Assembly (NCBI GenBank): GCA_965221695.1 | Contig: OZ244905.1 | Location: 64,001-128,000 of the forward strand | Reading direction: 5' to 3' | Source: Gammaproteobacteria bacterium | GTDB taxonomy: Bacteria; Pseudomonadota; Gammaproteobacteria; Eutrophobiales; Eutrophobiaceae | Length of the DNA: 64,000 nucleotides | Shown: piece after piece, positions 56,225 through 64,000 of the stretch | Layout: each line of letters starts with the position of its first letter | How positions within the stretch are numbered: the stretch's first letter is position 1 | Made by a program: the position numbers and the translations under genes | Notes under the pieces: generated by a model | Told to the model about the DNA's origin: nothing | The model's input: the letters and a program-made list of their open reading frames with translations, nothing else | The model's database searches: none

Positions 56225-57445
56225 ATGTACAGAAGCAATCAACACCTGATCCAGGGAACTCTGATGGTCACGCTCGGATTATTGCTCGTGTTCATCATCG
56301 GGATATTATCCGATACGTTGTTCTGGGATCGTTACCTGAATGCCTATACGTTCAAGACCTTTGTAGAGAATCCGTTTCCTACCGTGGAACGGTTATACCC
56401 ACAGGAACGGGTGGCTGGGAGCGATGACCCAATAACATTCCCTTATGCGGAGGCCGGAACAAGGACAATATCTGATGACGCGCTGGACCAGGCAATGGCT
56501 TTTGCTGAAGCAAGCAATTCGACGTCACTGATTATTTCCCACAAAGGCATTATCCAACTTGAGAAGTACTGGAAGGGGGAGGGCGCCGATCAGGTTGTAT
56601 ATTCTTTTTCCATGCACAAGAGCATAGTCGCGTTGCTGCTGGGGATTGCTATTGCGGAAGGCCATATCGGTGATATCGATGAGCCTTTGGCCAAATACCT
56701 GCCGGCATGGCGCGATGATGCGCGCGCCCGTATCTCTCTGCGCCACGCGCTGCAGATGAACAGTGGTCTTGAGCCAATGAGCTTTCCGAGTAATCCGTTT
56801 TCCAAGCACGTCAGACGGCAGATCGGGACAGACCTCGCGGCCACAGCGTTGAGCTTTCGCTTGGAGAACGAACCAGGCAGCGTGTTCGACTATAACGGCG
56901 TCAACCCCACATTGCTGGTCATGGTCATCGAAGGCGCCACCGGCCGTCGCTATGCCGAATACCTTTCCGAAAAACTGTGGCGGCCGGCGGGCAACGAGGA
57001 CGCGTCGCTGTGGCTGGATCGTCCGGGAGGCCTAGCCCGGGGCGCGACCTCGTTGTACGCAAAACCGATGGACTGGCTGCGTATAGGTCAAATGCTGCTT
57101 GACAACGGACGCGCGGACGGCGCGCAGATCATACCGGAAGCATGGTTGCGGGAGCTGACCACGCCATCGCCGACCAACTCCCGTTACGGTTTATTGACCT
57201 GGATTGGCGCCGACTACGTGCAAACCCGCACCCTGGATGCCTTCGAGGGGTTCGCCGCGGTGGCCGAGCAACCTTTTGATGCGGGCGATATTATTTATTT
57301 TGATGGTCTGGGGGGGCAGCGGGTGTACGTCATCCCGTCGGCGGAACTGGTCATCGTCAGAACCGGAACACTCGCCTGGGAATGGAATGAGACCCGTTTG
57401 CCAAACCTGGCGCTTGCGGGTATTACAGAGACCTCATCACAGTAG
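56225..57445 (+). CDS. Serine hydrolase (beta-lactamase/NylB-like family)
   Basis: SMHK (SxxK), FDYNG, LSEKLW, GLGGQ; N-terminal TM. Confidence 0.88.
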   Translation: MYRSNQHLIQGTLMVTLGLLLVFIIGILSDTLFWDRYLNAYTFKTFVENPFPTVERLYPQERVAGSDDPITFPYAEAGTRTISDDALDQAMAFAEASNSTSLIISHKGIIQLEKYWKGEGADQVVYSFSMHKSIVALLLGIAIAEGHIGDIDEPLAKYLPAWRDDARARISLRHALQMNSGLEPMSFPSNPFSKHVRRQIGTDLAATALSFRLENEPGSVFDYNGVNPTLLVMVIEGATGRRYAEYLSEKLWRPAGNEDASLWLDRPGGLARGATSLYAKPMDWLRIGQMLLDNGRADGAQIIPEAWLRELTTPSPTNSRYGLLTWIGADYVQTRTLDAFEGFAAVAEQPFDAGDIIYFDGLGGQRVYVIPSAELVIVRTGTLAWEWNETRLPNLALAGITETSSQ

Positions 57446-57453
57446 GTAACAAC

Positions 57454-58704
57454 ATGAAACAACAGAAACAAGGTATATTTTTCGGATGGTTCGTCGTCGG
57501 CGCGGCCATGCTGTGCATCTCCACAGGGCCGGGGCCGTTTGCCTTTGCCGCGCTGGGTCTGTTTATCATCCCGTTTGAATCAGAGTTCGGCTGGGAACGG
57601 ACCCAGATCAGCGCTTGTCTTACTTTGCTGGTTGGTATGACCGCAGTGTCGCTCCCGATCATTGGTCGTTATGTAGATAGACTGGGGTCGCGCATAATCC
57701 TGTTTCCTTCTCTTGTTATTTTTGCCCTGTGTTTGGCAGCCATACCGACATTTGTCTCTGAACTCTGGCACCTGGTCCTGGTTTTTTTCCTGATAGGAAC
57801 TATCGCGGCAGGGACCAACAGTGTGCCTTACATGCCTATACTGTCCGCCTGGTTTTTTAAATATCGCGGGCTGGCAATCGGCATTTCCATAGCCGGTATC
57901 GGTTTGGGCTACGCTTATGTGCCGCTGCTTCTACAGTACCTGATTGATAATGCCGGATGGCGTTATGGTTACTATGCCATGAGCGGCATTGTCCTGTTTA
58001 TTGCCTTGCCGCTGGTTTATTTTTTCCTGCGGGAATCGCCTGCGGAAATGGGTTTGAAACCGGATGGCCAAAGCTCGGGCAGCGCGCCCAAGGCGACTCG
58101 GAAGGATGTGGGACTGGAAGTAAAGGAAATCCTGAGACATCGTGAATTCTGGATGCTGGTGGCGATATTCGTGGTGTTGTCGTTCGTATTGAACGGTATG
58201 CTGGCGCACCTGGTGCCCATGCTTTCCGACCGGGGTATGGATACCCGGACCGCAGCGGCTGTAGCGGCTACGGAGGGTATTACGGTGTTTCTGAGCCGAA
58301 TCGTCATAGGCTACTTGATCGACCGCTTTTTTGCGCCCTATGTCGCGATGTTCTTTTTCAGCCTGTCCGCTGTCGGCATGGCCATATTTGCGCTGGGCGC
58401 GGTGGACACCATGGCCTTTATCGGCGCCATTTGCGTGGGTCTGAGCCTGGGCGCGGAGGTGGACCTGCTGGCCTACCTGACCGGACGCTATTTCGGATTG
58501 AAATCGTTCGGCACGACTTATGGCCTGCTGTTCTCGGCGGTATTGCTCGGCACCGCTCTGGGGCCGCTTGCTTTTGGGATCGGGTTTGACACCACCGGGT
58601 CATATATCGGCATCCTGACCCTATGCGTAGCGATCAATATTGTGGCTGTGATCCTGTCTGCCTTCCTGGGCAAATACCCGGACTGGGAAAAATCCTCGGC
58701 TTGA
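57454..58704 (+). CDS. MFS transporter (OFA/MCT-like)
   Basis: GRYVDRLGSR motif A, WF..YRGLAIG, GYLIDRF, RYFGLK. Confidence 0.92.
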   Translation: MKQQKQGIFFGWFVVGAAMLCISTGPGPFAFAALGLFIIPFESEFGWERTQISACLTLLVGMTAVSLPIIGRYVDRLGSRIILFPSLVIFALCLAAIPTFVSELWHLVLVFFLIGTIAAGTNSVPYMPILSAWFFKYRGLAIGISIAGIGLGYAYVPLLLQYLIDNAGWRYGYYAMSGIVLFIALPLVYFFLRESPAEMGLKPDGQSSGSAPKATRKDVGLEVKEILRHREFWMLVAIFVVLSFVLNGMLAHLVPMLSDRGMDTRTAAAVAATEGITVFLSRIVIGYLIDRFFAPYVAMFFFSLSAVGMAIFALGAVDTMAFIGAICVGLSLGAEVDLLAYLTGRYFGLKSFGTTYGLLFSAVLLGTALGPLAFGIGFDTTGSYIGILTLCVAINIVAVILSAFLGKYPDWEKSSA

Positions 58705-58780
58705 TGGCGGTATTCAACTATGTTTTCGCACGCCTGCACAATATATCGGCGCAATCGCCCCCATCACCTGGAGATGAGAT

Positions 58781-60502
58781 ATGCGAGATAATCGTTTCTC
58801 GGATAAGTTGATCATAGTTTTCTGTCTGATGACCGGCAGCGCACACGCGGGGCCGCAATTGCACGCGCAAGTGGAAGCCTACATTGGTCAGTGGGTTGAG
58901 TTTTATCCCAGCGAGGCGCTGAGTAACGGTCTGAAAAGCGCCGCATGGAAGTTCGAGGATGTTTCCGGCAACAGGGTTGCGCGCTGGGTCGACTATAATC
59001 AGCGCGCCCTGAAAGCGCTTGAAGCTCTATCAGGACTGTCAACCGATGAACAGATCGACGCACGGGTTTTGCGGCGTCAGATCAGGCTGGAACTGGAGCG
59101 CTGGCAGCAGGATAATACGCTGGTTGATCAGCCGACCTGGTATGCCGAGGTAATATCCCATGCCCTGACTTATATTCTGGTGCGCGATCAGCTCGCCCCT
59201 GCTGAGAAGCTGCAAGCTGTGTTGCAAAGGCTGCGCGGGATACAGTCGCTGTGCGAGATCGGCATAAGCCGCTTGCGCCACGGCAGTCCTGAAAGAACGC
59301 AGCGGGCTGCGCAAATCCTGGAGCGCACAAAGCTGTTTTATCAGGACAGTTTGCCTGATTTGATACGCGACTGGTCCGAAGAAAATCAGCGGCAAAGCAC
59401 GCAGCTTGTTGACGATACCGCCAACTCGCTGGATGCTTTGACGCGTCATATTCGCGATAGCGTATTGCCGAATGCTGCCATCCCGGATCGGCTTGGCTAC
59501 GAGAATTATGCGCGTAAGCTAAAGATATTCACAGATAGTGAACTTACTCCGGCGCAACTCAGGGATCGCTCGGCGTCGGAGATTGAAGCAGTACGGGGGT
59601 TAATGGTCATCGAGGCAAAGGCCTGGTGGAAACAGTACAGAACGCAAACGCAGATGCCCACGGATGAAAATGATCTGCTGCAAGCAGTTATGTCGATCAT
59701 GGAGGAGGCCAGGTCGGACAATCGTTCGGATTTCCTGAAATTCTTTACCGAGCTGACGGATAAGGCTGAGCGGTTTCTGATCGAACACGACCTGGCGTCG
59801 ACGCCTTTGCCTCGCACCCTTTATGTGGGTCTGTCGCCGGATCACTTCTCCGGCGCCGCGTATGGGGGCGTCTATTCCAGCGGCCCGTTCAATCCCGACG
59901 CTGGCACTCTGTTTTACCTGCCATCCATACCCGATGATTCAACGCCAGAGCAAAAGAACGGGTTTTACCGTTCTTTCAATGACCATTTCAACACCATGAT
60001 CATCGCCCATGAAATCTATCCGGGACATTATCTGCAATACAAGGTCGCAGCCACCGCCGCGCCGGCCCTGCGCACATTGTTCTCCAACAGTGTCTATGTG
60101 GAAGGCTGGGGAACGTTCAGTGAAGAGTTGATGCTGAACGCCGGCTGGGACGACCATAACAGACTGACGCGTCTTGCGCATCTGAGGAAACGCCTGGAAA
60201 ACGCGACGCGCGCTTATGTCAGTGTGATGACGCATGTTCATGGCTGGAACAACCAACAAGTGATGGAATTTGCGGTCACACGCGGTTTGTTGCCGCCACA
60301 ATTTGCGCTCAACTTGTGGGTCAGGGCGATGAATAATCCAATGCAGATCCCAAGCTACTTCCTCGGTTTTCACGGTTTCAAGGCATTGTGGGAAGAACAA
60401 AACCAGCGTCTGGGCGAGAATTTCAATCCCCGGCAATTCGTTGACAGCGTGCTGCGCGCAGGGCCGGCGCCGATGGATTTACTATCTTCAGTATTTAAAT
60501 GA
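58781..60502 (+). CDS. DUF885 family secreted protein
   Basis: Signal peptide; AHEIYPGHYLQ and YVEGWG..SE motifs. Confidence 0.85.
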   Translation: MRDNRFSDKLIIVFCLMTGSAHAGPQLHAQVEAYIGQWVEFYPSEALSNGLKSAAWKFEDVSGNRVARWVDYNQRALKALEALSGLSTDEQIDARVLRRQIRLELERWQQDNTLVDQPTWYAEVISHALTYILVRDQLAPAEKLQAVLQRLRGIQSLCEIGISRLRHGSPERTQRAAQILERTKLFYQDSLPDLIRDWSEENQRQSTQLVDDTANSLDALTRHIRDSVLPNAAIPDRLGYENYARKLKIFTDSELTPAQLRDRSASEIEAVRGLMVIEAKAWWKQYRTQTQMPTDENDLLQAVMSIMEEARSDNRSDFLKFFTELTDKAERFLIEHDLASTPLPRTLYVGLSPDHFSGAAYGGVYSSGPFNPDAGTLFYLPSIPDDSTPEQKNGFYRSFNDHFNTMIIAHEIYPGHYLQYKVAATAAPALRTLFSNSVYVEGWGTFSEELMLNAGWDDHNRLTRLAHLRKRLENATRAYVSVMTHVHGWNNQQVMEFAVTRGLLPPQFALNLWVRAMNNPMQIPSYFLGFHGFKALWEEQNQRLGENFNPRQFVDSVLRAGPAPMDLLSSVFK

Positions 60503-60557
60503 ATAAAATTATATAAATTATTGTTTATAATAACAATATATGAATTAATTTAATGAT

Positions 60558-62066
60558 ATGAGTTTGTCAGGCGCCTCGGAAATTACCAACGCCCAACCCC
60601 TCCATCCGCCCGGTCTGCGCACGCTGTTCTTCACCGAGATGTGGGAACGGTTCAGTTATTACGGTATGCGAGCATTGCTGGTGCTGTTCATGACTGCCGC
60701 GGTTGCTGAAGGCGGTCTGGGCATGGATGATGTGACTGCCACTGCAATTTACGGACTGTACTCGGCTGCCGTTTACCTGGCGGCCTTGCCAGGCGGCTGG
60801 ATCGCTGACCGTCTGCTCGGCGCCCAGGATGCTGTTTGGTATGGGGGCATCGTCATCATGTTGGGCCATTTTACATTGGCCATCCCGGCAGTTCCCACAT
60901 TCTATATCGGCCTGGTGTTGGTGGCGCTGGGCACTGGCCTGCTGAAACCTAATATCAGCGCCATTGTCGGCGAATTGTACCCGCAAGGCGGCTCCGGTAG
61001 GGACGCCGGATATACCATCTTCTATATGGGCATCAACCTGGGCGCAATGCTCGGGCCATTGGTGTGTAGCGCCTTGGGAGAGAGCGGCCGGTTCGGTTGG
61101 CATTATGGATTTGCCGCAGCCGGCATAGGCATGTTACTGGGGTTAATCCAGTACCGGCACAGCCGCCACCGACTCAAGGGTGCGGGGCTGTTCCCGGCGC
61201 ATCTTCGTCCAGATACTGAGATTGAAAGCGCCCCGCGTTTTGGCTGGTTAATCGTCGGCATTGGCCTGGGATTGGTGATTTTCATCGTATTGCTGGGTGT
61301 AACAGGTGTTGTCCGCTTTGATGCGTTGCGTTTGGCGCACGGCTCAACCTATCTGCTCACAACCATCATGGCATTGTATTTCGCGTATGTGTTCGTGTGC
61401 GGCAATCTGACCGGCGCAGAGAACAAGCACATGGTGGTGATAGTCATCCTGGTCATTGCCGAAGCTGTTTTCTGGTCGGGCTTTGAACAGGCCGGCTCAT
61501 CCCTGAACCTTTTTGCCCAGCGTTATACGGAGCGGGAACTACTGGGCTTTAATATACCGGCAGGCTGGTTTCTGAGTCTGAATCCACTGTTTATCCTGAT
61601 CCTGGCGCCATTCATGGCAGCCTTGTGGGTTAACCTGGGGCGGCGCAATCTTGATCCCTCAATCCCGATCAAGTTCTCCCTGGGCCTGATTCAGCTTGGC
61701 CTTGGATTTTTAGTCATGTTTCTGGCTGCGCGCCTGGTGGCCGCCGGCGCAAACGTGTTACCCACCTGGCTGTTTTTTACCTATCTGCTGCACACGACCG
61801 GCGAATTGTGTTTAAGTCCGGTAGGCCTGAGCGCCATCAGCAAGCTATCGCCAAAACGGTACCTGAGCCAGATGATGGGAATCTGGTTTCTCGGCTCCGC
61901 GCTGGGCAACCTGATTGCGGGCTTGCTCGCGGGCCGATTTGACCCAGAAGCGTTGAGCGATATGCCTGGTTTGTACCTGCAAATCTTTGCCGTGACAGTA
62001 GGGGCCGGGCTGGTGTTGTTGTGTTTGGCCAGACCTGTCAGGAAGTTTATCGGTGGCAAGGCTTAA
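60558..62066 (+). CDS. POT family peptide/H+ symporter
   Basis: FFTEMWERFSYYGM (ExxERF), GTGLLKPNIS, FYMGINLG, GELCLSPVGLS. Confidence 0.95.
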   Translation: MSLSGASEITNAQPLHPPGLRTLFFTEMWERFSYYGMRALLVLFMTAAVAEGGLGMDDVTATAIYGLYSAAVYLAALPGGWIADRLLGAQDAVWYGGIVIMLGHFTLAIPAVPTFYIGLVLVALGTGLLKPNISAIVGELYPQGGSGRDAGYTIFYMGINLGAMLGPLVCSALGESGRFGWHYGFAAAGIGMLLGLIQYRHSRHRLKGAGLFPAHLRPDTEIESAPRFGWLIVGIGLGLVIFIVLLGVTGVVRFDALRLAHGSTYLLTTIMALYFAYVFVCGNLTGAENKHMVVIVILVIAEAVFWSGFEQAGSSLNLFAQRYTERELLGFNIPAGWFLSLNPLFILILAPFMAALWVNLGRRNLDPSIPIKFSLGLIQLGLGFLVMFLAARLVAAGANVLPTWLFFTYLLHTTGELCLSPVGLSAISKLSPKRYLSQMMGIWFLGSALGNLIAGLLAGRFDPEALSDMPGLYLQIFAVTVGAGLVLLCLARPVRKFIGGKA

Positions 62067-62214
62067 TTACCCTGCATATTTACTTTAATGTTGTGTCAAA
62101 CCAACATTTTTTTGAAAGATTGCTATTGAAACAACAAAATATCTGGGCTAAACTCGGCTCAGATTGTTAATAATCCAAACAAAGCCAATCACACAGGTCA
62201 GAAGGGGAAAAATA

Positions 62215-64000
62215 ATGTACGGCAAAAATGTCTTTAAGAATTCATGCAGCAGCGCGCGCTGCGCGATGACGGGTTTTGGAATACTGCTGCTGGCATTTTC
62301 CAGCGCCATCGTTGCCCAGGATAGCGTCGGGATTGAGGAGGTGGTGGTCACCGCGCAACGGCGTGAGCAGAACCTGCAGGATGTGCCAATCAGCATCTCC
62401 GCGTTCAGCGCGGACGCGGTTGAGGCTAATATGTTTCAGGATGTAACTGATTATGTCGTTCGTACCCCGAATGCCGCATGGACCTCAGTCGGTTCCAGGT
62501 CGCGGCGGGAATTGTCCATTCGCGGCGCTTCAAACCTTTTGAATGTTAACCGCACAATGAGGCCTTCGACCTTTGCGTTTTACTTGGATGATTTCAGTAT
62601 CGTCGGTAGTTCGGCTAACCCCCCTGTCATGGACGTAGAGCGTATTGAGGTGCTGCGCGGCCCCCAGGCGACTTACTTCGGCAGAAATGCCATGGCAGGC
62701 GGCGTGAATATGACATCAAAAAAGCCCCATAATGACCTGGCTGGTTCGATCATGGTGGATTATTCCCGATTTGATACCAAGGATGTGGAAGGTGTTGTAA
62801 ATCTACCGATCATGAAGGATGTCTTGGCCATGCGTGGCAATATCAAGTACTCCGAATCAGATGGGAATATCAAGAATATCAATCCAATCGGCGGTGGCAA
62901 TGACTCGGAATACAAGTATGCCAGGACGATAATTCGTTTTACCCCGAATGAAAATCTAACAGTGGATGTAACAGGAACACTTGTGTCTGAGAGAGTTGGA
63001 ATGCGTGAGGGTGTCCCGAGCGGGGTTTTCTCCGATTTTGGTAATTTTCTTTATCAAAGAGACAGCATTAGATTCCCTGACGCCAACAACGATGGCATTC
63101 GTGAACCACTTCATGATGGTATAGGCTTCTATCCTGAAAATAGAAACCGGGTCAACTTTGATCATCCCCAGAAAGTGGGAACAAATTACCGAATGATAAC
63201 TGGCCGGGTAGATTATGAGTTGGGCAACCTATTGTTCACAAGCATTACTGGCTATATTGACTCCGATTTTTACCTGAGTGGCGATGTCGATGGCTCCAGT
63301 ATTGATGGATGGAACGAATTCCGCAATATCGAACGCGATAGCTTCAGTCAGGAAGTGCGGATACAAAATGCCAATGAAGGTCGCTTTCAGTGGAATATAG
63401 GAGGACTTTATGCCGAGGACAGCGGAAATTTCAGGAGCACAACATTTACCGGCGTGGATAATGGGTTTGGCGCGCCTGCTGGTGTGCCTGTCAGTGACGG
63501 TAATGACTTCGAAGGGACTGAAACCTGGGCTATATTCGGCCAGTTTGACGCAGACTTCAATGAAAAACTGTCTATTTCACTGGGTGGTCGCTATAGTGAA
63601 GAAACTCTGGATGCTGATGTAGATTATCTTGCCGCGACGTTTCGGCAAGTCGCTACGGTAAAACAAAAATATACTAATTTTTCACCCCGGTTCGCGGTCA
63701 ACTTTAGTGTAGTCGAAGACATCAACCTGTACGGAACAATCTCAAAGGGCTTCAAGTCTGCCGGGATCAATACTGATGCTGCAATTATTTCGCTTGAGAC
63801 TGGCTCCGAGGAACTTACCCGGTTCTATGAGCCAGAGACAATGTGGAATTATGAACTTGGTGTCAAAGCAGATCTTTTTAATAACCGGCTCAGAGTCAAC
63901 GCGGCAGCATTTTATATGAAATGGACGGATATGCAGGCAGACTTTCTGCAGTTTGTGGAGATAGAGGGCGCGCTGGCAGGTTTTGATATAGTCAGCAATG
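62215..64000 (+). CDS. TonB-dependent receptor (3'-partial, runs off window end)
   Basis: ATG 62215 after AGGGG; IEEVVVTAQRREQNLQDVPISI, EVLRGPQATYFGRNAMAG; absent from the ORF track, consistent with no stop inside the window. Confidence 0.9.
   Translation, partial: MYGKNVFKNSCSSARCAMTGFGILLLAFSSAIVAQDSVGIEEVVVTAQRREQNLQDVPISISAFSADAVEANMFQDVTDYVVRTPNAAWTSVGSRSRRELSIRGASNLLNVNRTMRPSTFAFYLDDFSIVGSSANPPVMDVERIEVLRGPQATYFGRNAMAGGVNMTSKKPHNDLAGSIMVDYSRFDTKDVEGVVNLPIMKDVLAMRGNIKYSESDGNIKNINPIGGGNDSEYKYARTIIRFTPNENLTVDVTGTLVSERVGMREGVPSGVFSDFGNFLYQRDSIRFPDANNDGIREPLHDGIGFYPENRNRVNFDHPQKVGTNYRMITGRVDYELGNLLFTSITGYIDSDFYLSGDVDGSSIDGWNEFRNIERDSFSQEVRIQNANEGRFQWNIGGLYAEDSGNFRSTTFTGVDNGFGAPAGVPVSDGNDFEGTETWAIFGQFDADFNEKLSISLGGRYSEETLDADVDYLAATFRQVATVKQKYTNFSPRFAVNFSVVEDINLYGTISKGFKSAGINTDAAIISLETGSEELTRFYEPETMWNYELGVKADLFNNRLRVNAAAFYMKWTDMQADFLQFVEIEGALAGFDIVSN

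Overview
A 64-kb gene-dense, probably gammaproteobacterial window dominated by uptake and catabolism genes: four TonB-dependent receptors, MFS/POT/ABC transporters, hydantoinase/oxoprolinase and DUF917 genes, Rieske, FAD, LLM and 2OG oxygenases, two NicX-like paralogues, two hydantoin-racemase-like genes, soxBDAG, two UbiD decarboxylases and TauD. Two things stand out. (1) A compact selenium island at about 41.7-49.6 kb: an oxidoreductase-SelD fusion, the selenoneine genes senB and senA, selA, and a selenoprotein that the ORF track splits in two. ORFs 48833-49576 and 48377-48820 are one frame broken by a single TGA inside the AhpD motif NGCFY(U)TSSH, followed by a SECIS-like hairpin. (2) A dispersed non-coding 151-bp element with IS5-like terminal inverted repeats and 4-bp target duplications (4 well-conserved copies, 2 degenerate copies, several 27-29-bp TIR-only derivatives). 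It is built from five hairpins with compensatory changes, and one hairpin matches the CsrA/RsmA consensus RUACARGGAUGU. No rRNA, tRNA (including selC), transposase or CRISPR array was recognised. All functional calls come from motifs read by eye, not from database searches.
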